The position numbers and the translations under genes are program-made. Below, one piece after another: positions 1 through 10,949 of a stretch of 64,000 nucleotides of DNA. The notes below the pieces were generated by a model that was not told where the DNA came from, did no database searches, and worked only from the letters and a program-made list of their open reading frames with translations. The stretch lies in the NCBI GenBank assembly GCA_048128005.1, contig JBEUKZ010000068.1, positions 62,001 to 126,000 of the forward strand. Reading direction: 5' to 3'. How positions within the stretch are numbered: position 1 is the stretch's first letter; each line of letters starts with the position of its first letter. The stretch comes from Veleropilina oligotropha (Eukaryota).

Positions 1-459
1 AACATTCAACACAAGAAATAGAATTGTGATTTTTTTCTTACATTATTATAGCATAATTGACATTTGTTATTGGCAGTATTTGGCCTAGTGAAGGGAAAAA
101 GTTTAACTAGGAGAGAGGTTAAATTAAATAACGTAAAAATGTTGAAAAATTGATTTAGATGAATAAAATATCATAATATGACATAATATATACATGGACA
201 AGATATAGACATGATTTTTTCTATATCTGAAAAACAAATAATAATACAGTAAGGATAATTAATTTTGATTTAAATTATTTAAAGATGATTAGTGTAACAT
301 ACAGAGACTACTTTTGTTACACAACATTAACTTAATTATGTGCAACATATAAACTATGGATATTAATTATACAGTAAAAAAATAATGAATATTATACACA
401 AGGTAAGACATTATTCATTTTCTTGAGAAAATAGTGTAATAAACTAATAATGTAAGAAA

Positions 460-875
460 TTATTTACAGGCGTTGGGAGCATCACCTATGTTACAACCAA
501 TGTGAAGGCGGCATTTCTTCCCATTGTGGGACAGGGCGATGATTTTGCCATTCACAAACCAAGCGCTCTCCACCTGGTCATGGTTTCGTGCTCGGTTCAG
601 CAGTGTGACATTAGCGTGTGTCATGTCGTCGACCACGCTGATTTGTGTGTCTTTCAGTTTCTTTTGGTTTGTCATGTTTTCCTTTTTTATGCGATGTAAA
701 AGGCGCGCAATAATGGCTCTTGGTTTTCCAGTTGAGCTCCGACCGAGACGGTGTGCGGCATCGATCTCGTCACTTGTTATGTCGATGCCAAGGTGTTCTT
801 TGAAGACAGTTAACACTTTTTCTCTGCGGTTTTCATCTGCTTGTTCCGCAAGACCGAAGATCCTTATACATAAGA
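460..875 (-). pseudogene. Fragment of a LINE ORF1-type protein (L1TD1/Transposase_22-like RRM-CTD region)
   Basis: ORF 460-816 reads IDAAHRLG...PRAIIARL...ISVVDDMT...AWFVNGKI; the same frame continues upstream as LRIFGLAEQADEN. This is the usual ORF1 pattern; N-terminus missing. Confidence 0.7.
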
Positions 876-1171
876 TGTGATCATTTGAGACAATGTTACA
901 ATATGATGTCTAGGGAGTTAATGAGTTGAACTTTAAGAATGGTTTAATTATATTGTTTTAAAATCTAAATTGAAATTACATTCTGTCATAAAGTAACTGT
1001 AGTAGATGCACTGCCAAAAGAGATTGATTGTTGCCTAGTGGTCCGACGTAATTAATTGTATCTTATCAATATAACAGCTAGAAGCAAGTTAACGACGATT
1101 AGCATCACATATTGTTTATGAAGACCCGAATGTTTAGACAAGTGAAAGTGATTAATGGCTATTAGTTATAA

Positions 1172-1421
1172 TCTTAATATAATGGAGCTATAATTGTATG
1201 TGTGTGTGTCTGTTTCAAGTTGAACTCCTCCCAGACGCTTTGACCTAGGACCTTCAAACTTTGGGGGGTTAATCGGGGTCCCCCAAGGAAGGTTTACCAC
1301 GAAAAAAATTCGGAAAATTCGGGAAAAAAAAAAAATATTTAAGGGAGCACTATCCAAAAAAAAAAAAAAAAAAAAATTGGGGTGGGGGGACTTGCCCGGC
1401 GAAGACGGGTACCATAGCTAG
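1172..1421 (+). mobile_element. Non-autonomous Helitron (copy 1)
   Basis: Begins TC, ends in hairpin CCCG-GCGAAGA-CGGG then CTAG, and sits between A (1171) and T (1422). Near-identical copy at 55547-55827. Confidence 0.8.
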
Positions 1422-1650
1422 TAATAATAATAATAATAATGATAAGCTTTATTTTAACTCGATAGCCTTATAGGTATAAACCTATTTTCATAAGGGTCGA
1501 AGGATAAAACAAGTTATAAAATATAAAACAAAGATATTTACATATATATACAAGCAAATATAAGTCGAAATTTAAATGTAGATATGTAGATGTATACAAA
1601 TACGTATATGAGAAAGTCATAAATGAAAAATAGAATAAAATATACAATTA

Positions 1651-2840
1651 CTAGCCAGGGTACCCGTCTTCGACGGGTGAGTCTCCCCACCTAATCAATA
1701 ACCTAATTTCTTATCTTGAACGCCTCTAACATTCCACGAAAGATCTGCAATGAGTGCTAACTATGAAAATATGAAAATTATCTAACAGATGAATGACACT
1801 GTAGATAACTATACCCTCCGTACTTGTCTACCAGATGAATTACTCTGTAGATAATATAATGTGTGCGATTTAAATCTAACAGATGAATCACACTGTAGAT
1901 AACTATACCCTCCGTACATGTTTCAGAGAATCAGACTGTAGATTATATGACAGCAGTGCATCCGATAGTAATGTAATAAACATTAACGGTAAAACAAAAG
2001 GGAATTCCCAAGTCTTTCCTTGTATCACTGATCACTCTTTCCGTGAATAACACAGACCTATACCTACCTTGTGACGATAATGTAGATCCAAACTTCAGAG
2101 CTTGTTCCGATAATAAAACAGAATCCTTATTAACCTGTTATGAGAATTGCCCAGATTAAACATTGACAAATTTGGTGGAGATCGGTCCAGCCGTTTGGGA
2201 GCCAATAGGGAACACACACACAAACTCTCCACGATTATAGTATAGATTGATGCTTCCGTTCTGGAATGACGTCATTACGATGACGCTTTTGAATAATCGT
2301 CATTGGATGACGTCACGTACAATGGACGGGGTCGAAAAGTCTTGTAACGTTATAACTGTTATGAAAATTACACCCCCCAAAAAACCAGCCCCGCCCCCCC
2401 CAAAAAAATGTGAAAGCGCCATAACCACCGCCTTGGTAGCCTTAGTTGACATGCCAAATTTGGTGGAGATCGGTCCAGCCGTTTGGGAGCCTATAGGGAA
2501 CACACAGACAAACTCTCCACGATTATAGTATAGACTAGCCAGGGTACCCGTCTTCGACGGGTGAGTCTCCCCACCTCATCAATAACCTAATTTTTTATCT
2601 TGAACGCCTCTAACATTCCACGAAAGATCTCCACTGAGTGCTAACTATGAAAATATGAAAATTCCCCCCGCCCAAAAAAAAAACCCACCCCCGCCCCCCC
2701 AAAAAAATAATTTGAAAGCGCCATAACCACCGCCTTGGTACCCTTAGTTCACATGCCAAATTTGGTGGAGATCGGTCCAGCCGTTTGGGAGCCTATAGGA
2801 GACACACAGACAGACAAACTCTCCACGATTATAGTATAGA
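1651..2840 (-). mobile_element. Tandem cluster of non-autonomous Helitrons (1651-2246, partial 2247-2534, 2535-2840)
   Basis: Minus-strand 5' ends TCTATACTATAAT at 2246, 2534 and 2840; 3' hairpin ACCCGTCGAAGACGGGT plus CTAG at 1651 and 2535; exact CTAG|TCTA head-to-tail junction at 2534/2535. Confidence 0.8.
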
Positions 2841-3146
2841 TAATAAATGAAATAGGATGACTATCAATAAAATTATTTCATGTTATAAAATACTACATTA
2901 GCAAAAGATAAAATAAATAAATTCAATAAACTACTGGAATCATATAAAAAGTATTATAATAAAGCAATAATGATAATAACAATACTAAAAACATAATATA
3001 CACTTGTTAAATAAGAGAGAGGAATGATAAAAATAATGCGAATAAAACAAATGTGCAAATTTAAAAACGAATCTCTTTTATAAAGAGCGAAGTGAAACTT
3101 ATGACAAGCATTTTTAAAAGCATTTACGTCGTTGCATGATCTAATG

Positions 3147-3368
3147 TCAAGAGGCAATTCGTTGTAGATTTTTAACAATTTCAGTTTTTGCAAATGGAAC
3201 ATTTAATATCTTATTGCCAGTAGAACGAAGTGCTCTATGGGGATTGCTAACATATAACATATCATGCATATATTGAGGTGATTTTCCACAAAGAGCTTTA
3301 TGCACTGAGAGAACGACAACATATTTATATCTGTAAGACAGCGGGTACCAGTTCAGTCGCTGAAACAT
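3147..3368 (-). pseudogene. LINE ORF2 C-terminal fragment
   Basis: MFQRLNWYPL...HKALCGKSPQYM...LRS matches the post-RT tail of CR1/L2 ORF2. Confidence 0.75.
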
Positions 3369-3379
3369 TTCATGGGAAG

Positions 3380-3881
3380 TGTTTTGAATTTCGAACGCGC
3401 GCAGAAACTCACTTAGGTTATCTCCCTTGACTGATTGAACGAGTCACTGAAACGACCGTCCATTTTGTGAACGGACGTGGTTGCAGGGCACACGATTGCA
3501 AATCCATCGGCATCATGGTGCTGTCTGTCAATAACGCGGATATTAAACTCTTCAGGTATTATATATTGCATATGTAGTATGATTTAGTAATATTTGTTGC
3601 ATTTAGTAATCTAATATAGTTTAGTAGCGCTGTTGCATGTATAGGTTATTTAACCTTAAAATTGTGGCATAAGTATAAAGTAATGTGATATTGTCTCGTA
3701 TTAAACATGACTGATTTGGTAGTATTGTTGTGAGTATATATATATATTGTTGTTCACATGGCTATTTGCTAAGATGTGTCGGGATGTAATTATATAATGA
3801 ATGTATGAAGCATTATTGTATTTTGCAGAACATACGCTGTCCTGTTTTATGCGCTATCAATAAATGGGACTATTTTTACCA
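3380..3881 (+). repeat. BEL 5' LTR
   Basis: Direct repeat of 28032-28567 with several substitutions and a ~35-40 bp deletion near its 3' end. Confidence 0.92.
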
Positions 3882-3952
3882 TAATTTCTGAAGATTGAAA
3901 AATCGAGTCATCGTGCCGACTTAGAGGCAAATACCTAGGAATCCAGTGAACC

Positions 3953-4615
3953 ATGTCTAGTTCTGAGAACGATATGGATAGCGTCAGTCAAGTGAATAAA
4001 GAGGCTCAGTCTGCCAGTGAAGACGTCATTCGAATGAAAAATAAGCATAAACAACTTCGTGCAAAGATTACACGAGCGAGAAATCGTCTGCATCTAATGA
4101 TAGACGATGATAACCAAAACGAACGGCGAATCAAAAGGGTTTTAGAGGAAATCAAATTTGATTTATCGCAAGCATGTGAAGTTCATGGTGAGCTTTACAA
4201 TCACGTCCCTCGTGATCAAACGGCACGCTTGGACCAATGGGAAGTCGATCTATACAACGAAGTGTACGATATTGAAGATAAATTATCCGATTTTTTGTCG
4301 TAGATTACCGTGCAAGCCGAATCATCGAGAAGTCGAATCGTTGAACGAGATACAACCGCATCCAGGGTTGACCTCAGCAGCTCGTTATCTGTTTCTGGTG
4401 TCTTGCGTGACGAGTCGCAAGATGTGCCACCAGTGGCACCTGATCATCAGCATTCTCAAGCCGGAGAGATATCGCAATCTCACCAACAACCATTGTTTGT
4501 GTCGGACAGCACTGGACGTAACGTGGCATGGTTCGACAAATGGATTAACGATCTGGTCGAGTTCGCAGAAACTGTGCGTCCGGTTCCGATAAGTGATATG
4601 TCAATAAGTGAGGCG
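3953..4615 (+). pseudogene. gag: BEL gag, N-terminal part
   Basis: Coiled-coil ORF 3953-4303, in-frame stop, then continues to ISEA; resumes as LYKLEASKDIP at 7111 after the Crypton-like insert. Confidence 0.75.
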
Positions 4616-7110
4616 TTTTATTATATGCCAGTCGTTTTCTGACGCCTATTCTCGCGCAGTTTTCCGAGACCCTGTATCACGGACACGGCGGATACAGGAA
4701 CGGAAAACGTCTCCTGCTTATATATGCACAGAAAAACGTCTCCTGCTTATAAATCCAAAATGTTTGGAACTACTTTCAAGTTGGTCACGTGTCAAAACAC
4801 ACCTGTTCATGTTCGATAACGATCTCGACGCAGACGTCATTTGACGAAAATTGCATAGAGATTTAATAATGCACAAAAATAGGAATGACATTAAAAATAA
4901 AATAAATATTATAATGTACATGTATAAAAATTAACTATTTATAAGACTTACTAGCATAAATTAATGGGAAATTAATTAGCTGCGTTCCTTCTCCGAGTTT
5001 CATTCCACTTTGCTGTTGTTTTGACGTTAATATCCATCATGAGCGATTATTCTCCTAATTTAATGTCCGATTTGCATGATATAATGAACGAAAACATGGA
5101 GCTTTACGATATGAAGTCCGAAGATGAAGGTTTTCCCCATTTTGATGTCGAATTCTCAGAAATTGATCGCCTTTTGCCGATATCCTCATCTTTTGAACCG
5201 GAACATATGCACCCCCCAGGGCCCCCACCACCGCAAGCCACCGAACAATCGTTCTCTCAATTCGCTGCACCTAAAACATCGCAAAATCATCCAGTTTTCA
5301 TTGAAATGTCTGCTGGTGATAAGGATAAGTTTGTAAACAGCATGAAAAATAAGAGCACAGCACGAAAAACAGAATCTTCAATCAATCTTTTTCGCTCATG
5401 GCTTGCAGCTCCTCCCAGGTTCGAATCTCGCGAAGTCACTGATATTCCACCGTACGAACTCGACAATTTTATCGGCTCCTTTCTGTTAAGTATTCGAAAG
5501 CCCAATGGAGATGAATACGAACCAGATACGCTCACGAGCTACCACAGAACGATCGACCGGTACCTTCGTGACAATGGATATGGGGCCAGCTTAGTTCAGG
5601 ATCGCGAATTCAATTCTTCTCGTACAGTTCTTCAATCAAAGCGAAAATAAGTAAAACAGAAGGGGAAGGGGAATAAACCGAATAAGGCGGAACCAATCTC
5701 GTTTGAAGAAGAGAAAAAACTAAAGGAAATGGGGATAATCGGTAATAAAAATCCACAAGCATTACTAAACAGGGTATGGCTAAATAACACAATGATGTTT
5801 GGTTTGCGGGGTGGGGCAGAAAACAGAAAGTTGAACTGGGGGGACGTAGAGCTTATCCATGACGACACAGGGGAGTATTTAGAATATTCAGAAAGGGACA
5901 CGAAAACACGAAGCGGGGCACACGCGAACGAACACTCGAGGTCCTTCCGTCCGAAGCAGTATGCAACGAACGATGGGAATACGTGCCCTGTTTTGGCGTA
6001 TAAAGAATATAAACGACAGCGACCAGATGATATACAGAACTCTCGGGAATCCCCGTTTTACCTGGCCATAAACCACTCTAGAAAACCGGGTGGTAAATGG
6101 TAAAAATCCCAAGCTCTTGGCGAAGGCAGTCTCCGTAGCATAATGAAGCAAATGGCAACGGATGGCGGTCTTCATGGCAGGAAAACAAATCACAGTGCGC
6201 GAAAGGCGACCTGCACTAGGCTGTTGCATGCCGGAGTAGCGCCAACAACAATTATGCAGCTCACGGGACATAAAAATGTTTCCAGTATAAACAACTACGC
6301 AGTGGCATCAACCAGTCAACAACGCAACATGTCTAATATCCTAGCAAGCTCACGTTCCGAAGTCCTCCCGTCCGCACAACAGCCAGTAATAAATAATACT
6401 CCCGTTCCATACAGTCCTGGAAGCAGTACTCAAATATCAAATAAATCCATCGACCTGCAAGATTATTCGGCTGGATTTCTGCAAGGGGCATCCTTAAACA
6501 ATTGCAGTTTCAACATAACAATTAATTCAAACTCCAGACATTAAGGACACGTTGTCTAGCCACGTTACTTGTTTGTTCCTTGTTCATTCGCCTAAGAAAT
6601 AGTTCCTATTTAATCGCCTTAATATAGATTCACGAAAGGCGACAACTAGTAAATAATTGCGTAAATTCTATAAATCTGTATATATCTAATATATGTCAGA
6701 TAAAACTTTGCTTTTAAATTTGTTATTGTAAAATATGCTGCAGTACGCAAATTGTTTACTGGGTTATTGCCAAAGTAGACATAGTAAAATTCATTCATAA
6801 ACCGCATAACATGTATACTGTTCCACGTTGTCATATAGTTCTCGTTATTTAAATTAAATCGACCATTTCGTCACATAAACTAGTTTGGGTTTGTTCGTAT
6901 TATAATTGACAGGATTGATTGTGGCATATAATAAAAATGTTATCAGTTATTGTGTGGATTCTGTCACCTCGGAAACCTCTCGTGAGGTCGTAGTTTTTGC
7001 GGCGGATTAATCCGCTCGAACTTCTTTCTCGCGATTAATCCCGCCGCAAAAACTACGACGTCACTCGAGGTTTCCGAGGTGACAAAATCCACACAATACT
7101 GATAACATCA
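4616..7110 (+). mobile_element. Crypton-like tyrosine-recombinase DNA transposon
   Basis: Cleanly interrupts gag (GAGGCG|TTATATAAG); imperfect 6-bp repeat TTTTAT/TTATAT at the ends; terminal TTTTATTATATGCCA inverted at 6922-6936; ~170-bp palindrome 6937-7108; internal YR gene. Confidence 0.82.
5039..6544 (+). pseudogene. Tyrosine recombinase (DUF3504 / KCTD1-ZMYM-related Crypton type) with two premature stops
   Basis: In-frame ORFs 5021-5650, 5729-6103 and 6143-6544; motifs RKPNGDEYEPDTL, FGLRG, KT, NHSAR, TGH, NNY give the R-K-HxxR-H-Y catalytic set. Confidence 0.85.
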
Positions 7111-7874
7111 TTATATAAGCTGGAAGCAAGCAAAGACATTCCAACAATTAAATTAGAAATATTTAATGGAAATGCCCTTAGTTATGTAGATTTTATTGAA
7201 AGATTTAAGATCCATATTCATGATAAAATGCATTTAAGCGATGACATGCGAATGATTCAATTGCGCATGCATACGTCAGGTGATGCGGAGCGTGCCATTT
7301 CTGGACTCTGTTCCAGCGGAATCATGTATGTGACCACATTAAAATGTTTAAAAGATCAATTTGGTCAATATAGCGCCATTTCACGTGCATGTTTGAAACG
7401 TTTAACAATAGGTTTGAAAATTGCTGCGAACGATAGACAGAGCTTACGTGACTTTTCATTAGACATTATTCATTGTCAGGCCACATTCCGTAGAATAGGT
7501 TATTGTGCAGATGCAAATTCCAGTGAAAATCTAAGAAAGGTTATTGGGCGTTTACCAGACTTCATGATTAATAAATGGAAGGTTATTGTGGTAGATATAA
7601 GGGAAAGGGGTAGAATCCCAACCTTGGATGAAATCAGCAGTTTCATTATAAAACAAGTGAAAGCAGAATTTGACCCCGAATTTGGTGACCTTGAGCAGGG
7701 TGGTAAATTAGAGCATCGTCAAGGTTATAGAGATAAAGGGAAGGGCATTCATGCAGTGCAAGAGCATGTACAAACATGTAAGGGTCAATTAAAGTGTTAT
7801 GTTTGTTTGGCAGATCACAGAGTTACTGTCTGCCCTACATTCTTGGATTCGCTAGCTGAAGAGCGACTCCAGTT
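7111..7874 (+). pseudogene. gag: BEL gag core (DUF1759-type region and first Zn knuckle)
   Basis: IPTIKLEIFNGNALSYVDFIERF...CYVCLADHRVTVC; the frame resumes QLAKEHRLCFSC at 24091. Confidence 0.85.
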
Positions 7875-8130
7875 AGCAGCAGGGGGGGGGGGTGATCAGA
7901 CTTTTTAGAATGGAAAAATAAGGCTCCCAGCACCTGTTCAGAACTGAGGTGGTGTAGTACGAGCCCCTAAGGCAGTTTAGACTAGGGGCCCATGGCCGCC
8001 GGGGAGGCTCCCAGCCCTATATCAGACCCCAGGGTAGGGCTTGTATTACAAAAGTCACCGTGTGTACAGAGCAGGGGGGGGGGGTGAATGCACTTTTTAG
8101 AATGGAAAAATAAGGCTCCCAGTACCTGTT
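7875..8130 (+). repeat. Left terminal inverted repeat of the viral element
   Basis: Reverse complement of 23843-24090; contains two copies of a ~65-bp unit AGCAGGGG...CTTTTTAGAATGGAAAAATAAGGCTCCCAG...CCTGTTC. Confidence 0.9.
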
Positions 8131-8209
8131 CCGACACAACGTTAACTATATACAGCCCCAGGGACGGCCCGGGGCTCTCAGCGCAGAGCTTATAATAGTC
8201 TATCGATGG

Positions 8210-8344
8210 TATTGTTTAATCAGTTGCGTCTATTCATTAATAGCCACTGAGCTGACCTAGTGAGTTTTATTTACATCCTGGTTGACGAGAAATTGTATAA
8301 AGGTTCTCGAGAACGACCAGGATGTAAATAAAACTCTATTGTTT
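8210..8344. mobile_element. Small hairpin-bearing insertion inside the viral left arm
   Basis: Perfect 21-bp inverted arms (8262-8282 / 8316-8336); TATTGTTT direct repeat at 8210-8217 and 8337-8344; AT-rich. Confidence 0.45.
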
Positions 8345-8597
8345 GTGGAGTGACTAACTGGGATTCCCCCAATTGAAATACATTGCCCAGTGAATAGATC
8401 AAAGGGAGCGTTGACTTGGTTATGGCAACATTATAATCAGGGAAAGTTGACTTGGACGGTTGACCGGACTAAGATCCGGGGTTTAGTCGGCTCCACAATG
8501 TGTGGATAGTGGCGTAGGTTTCATTTTAATCAACGTATTCTATGTTAAAAGTTGTCGTGATTTAATATCCACAACATAACTGAGGAGACACCTCCCT

Positions 8598-9113
8598 CTA
8601 AGCCCGGGTGGCAGCAGCAGGGGGGTGATTGGACTTTTCTATGAATAGATGCTGGGGAAACCGGAAAATATGTTTTAAGGCGGGGAATCCCCGAGCAGCA
8701 GTTAGATAAATATGTAATTCCCGCCGGCTAGCGTACAGTTGCATGGCGAGAGATGTCCGATTTGACTCCACGCACCACCAGCCGGTGGATAACACTGAGA
8801 AGTAATGCCCATGTTTACCGCGACATAGTGACGGCTCAGCACACTCAATGCATACAACAGTATTTGGGTCGGGGCCACAGTCATTCTCTCCGATAATAAA
8901 GTAGTGGCACGAGGGTGGGGATACATCAGGGGGGTCTCGTAGCAAGTTTCTTCGCAAGGGGTCAAGTCGTATATTGTACAGGGGGTGGTTCCGATACCTA
9001 GCCCATGTGTGTTCGAGAATTAATGCGTCGTCGCGTGACGATGCCTGGGTGGCACCCCAGGCGGCAAAGCACACCACAGCAATACACAGTAGCATGGATT
9101 TCATGGATTTCAT
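8598..9113 (-). CDS. Predicted secreted cysteine-rich protein, function unknown
   Basis: Signal-peptide-like MKSMLLCIAVVCFAAWGATQA followed by a six-cysteine cluster. Confidence 0.5.
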   Translation of the reverse strand: MKSMKSMLLCIAVVCFAAWGATQASSRDDALILEHTWARYRNHPLYNIRLDPLRRNLLRDPPDVSPPSCHYFIIGENDCGPDPNTVVCIECAEPSLCRGKHGHYFSVLSTGWWCVESNRTSLAMQLYASRRELHIYLTAARGFPALKHIFRFPQHLFIEKSNHPPAAATRA

Positions 9114-9208
9114 GGCTGTCCAGATATCACTATCTCAGTGGTAGCTTTAATACGGGGGGGGAGGGGGAGAGGGGGGGTAGTCCCCCACCCCACGCTCAAC
9201 CTGGATGG

Positions 9209-9841
9209 TTAGTCTCCAACCCCTATTTTTTTCAGCAATTCTGCGCGTCCCTCTTTACGACCACGCTCAAGAAGCTCGCTTTGGGTCTGTGAAACTGCGG
9301 TGTGCGCCTTTGTACTCTTGAGACGCAGGGCAGCTTTCAATGTCCGATATTTTTCCATCTCCCCTGTGACCAGTTGGAATTCATCATCAGACATCTCCCC
9401 ATCCGCTAAGGCCTTTGAGACGTGGTCGGTGATTGTGTTCAGCTTACTTTCGGCCAGTACTCGGATCTCGTCGTGCTTTTTAGCCTTCACCTGGAGGCGG
9501 CGGCTGATGTATTTTCCACCCATGCTAGCGAGCCCACACCCCAACGCCGCTAGTTCCAGCACTAGGACAATAGGGGCCGCAACGATCGTGGACAACAGTC
9601 CGATGCCGGCGCTACCCATACCAAGGGTGGCAACGACCAGGGCCGAGTCGATCCCGTCAACGACATTAACGCTGCGTCGGTACTTCTTATATAGAGCGGC
9701 ACGCGCATCTCTCTCTCGTTCTAACTGTCCCTGGAGCTCATTCACTTTCTGTAGTTGGAAAGACTGTGCCTCCGGAACTTCCGAAGGCACATCGCCATCG
9801 AGTTGTGGGTACAGCGTTGGCGCTGAGGGCTTGGTGTCCAT
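9209..9841 (-). CDS. Two-TM coiled-coil membrane protein with N-terminal PSAP and LYPQL motifs (resembles the adintovirus/MELD 'GasderminX' class, from recollection)
   Basis: ATG at 9841 overlaps the upstream stop (TAATG); MDTKPSAPTLYPQL; coiled coil; hydrophobic hairpin ALVVATLGMG...LAALGCGLA; KAKKHDEIRVLAESKLNTI. Confidence 0.75.
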   Translation of the reverse strand: MDTKPSAPTLYPQLDGDVPSEVPEAQSFQLQKVNELQGQLERERDARAALYKKYRRSVNVVDGIDSALVVATLGMGSAGIGLLSTIVAAPIVLVLELAALGCGLASMGGKYISRRLQVKAKKHDEIRVLAESKLNTITDHVSKALADGEMSDDEFQLVTGEMEKYRTLKAALRLKSTKAHTAVSQTQSELLERGRKEGRAELLKKIGVGD

Positions 9842-10211
9842 TATTCGTGGCTGTACTGTTCCGCCTGTTGATTCCACATGTCTACCGTTACGTTCAAATA
9901 CATGGTGCCCACACAGGGAGCCTTGATGGCAAAGGCGAGGGTCAACTTGTCCGAATCCAGGCCAAACCTATTTATGGAACATGCCTTGGGAGCCCCCCCG
10001 TCCGGCTGGATCAGCATCATGTGGATCATTAGAAGGGATGGGTTCAACCCAAACCGACCTCCAGTGTTTGGAATCATGAACTCCCTCCTCGCCAGCCCCT
10101 TCTTGGGCGCTTCCCCACAATTAAGAACGAAGTGCCACCGGGTTGGGGAAGGCTCATCTGCAAGCAGGGGGGGGGGGGGAGTGGGGGGGTCCCATAGATG
10201 CTGGCGCTCAT
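9841..10211 (-). pseudogene. Small viral ORF, frameshifted in a G/C homopolymer
   Basis: ATG at 10211 overlaps the penton stop (ATGA) and reads MSASIYGTPH; joins the 9841-10266 frame across the G-run near 10167-10179. Confidence 0.5.
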
Positions 10212-10945
10212 TGTATCTCGAGGACTGTGGAAATAGGCATACCGTTATTGTCGAGCGGGTTACCATCTGGGTCTGTGACCCACATCTTCAATTCTGTGAG
10301 TGACCCGGCCTGCAGTCGCCGGAAGTCTGGATACCTATGATAGTGGGCAGCCTCGCCGAATATCTGCGATGTTATGGGGACCACCGCGAGAATATTGCTA
10401 GGGGCGCCATCCTTCACGTTGTGTGTTGTACTGAGCTGCTCCAGATGGATGTGTAGGGTTGCCACTATCGCAAACCCTACCGGCTTGTTCCCGTCATACG
10501 TCCCGGGGCGTAGCCACTCGGATCTCTCCGGAGGGGGAGGTCGGCCCCGTACTCCTCGAATGGGTGGGTGCGGATTCCCCGATTTATCGAGAATAAACGA
10601 AGAAAGGTTTAAGCCGAGGAGCTTCCGTATATCGTTGCTTATCACGAGGCGAGTCCCCTCTGGGACAACGAGTTGCACGAGTCCGGTAGCACGGCTTACA
10701 TCTAGCTGTATGTTAACTAGCGACCTCTTCATTGTCTTGGCGAGGGCATCGAAGCTGTAGAAACCCGGTGCTACCTCGACCATGGTATTGGGGGTTTGGA
10801 AGAAGGCTCCTGCGTGTACGTTATGCCAGCCGACCCAGTAGTCGAGCGAGCGCAGGCCGACGCATAGCTTGCCGTCCCTGTTATCTATTGGTTGCAGGAG
10901 GGCAACCGCGGTCCCCTCTTGAACACTCGTTAATGTGTGGAACAT
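10208..10945 (-). CDS. Minor capsid protein (penton, single jelly-roll)
   Basis: 245 aa; APGFYS, LLGL, ILAVVP and C-terminal LTELKMWVTDPDGNPLDNNGMPISTVLEI follow the Polinton/adintovirus penton pattern. Confidence 0.8.
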   Translation of the reverse strand: MFHTLTSVQEGTAVALLQPIDNRDGKLCVGLRSLDYWVGWHNVHAGAFFQTPNTMVEVAPGFYSFDALAKTMKRSLVNIQLDVSRATGLVQLVVPEGTRLVISNDIRKLLGLNLSSFILDKSGNPHPPIRGVRGRPPPPERSEWLRPGTYDGNKPVGFAIVATLHIHLEQLSTTHNVKDGAPSNILAVVPITSQIFGEAAHYHRYPDFRRLQAGSLTELKMWVTDPDGNPLDNNGMPISTVLEIQ

Positions 10946-10949
10946 AGCT

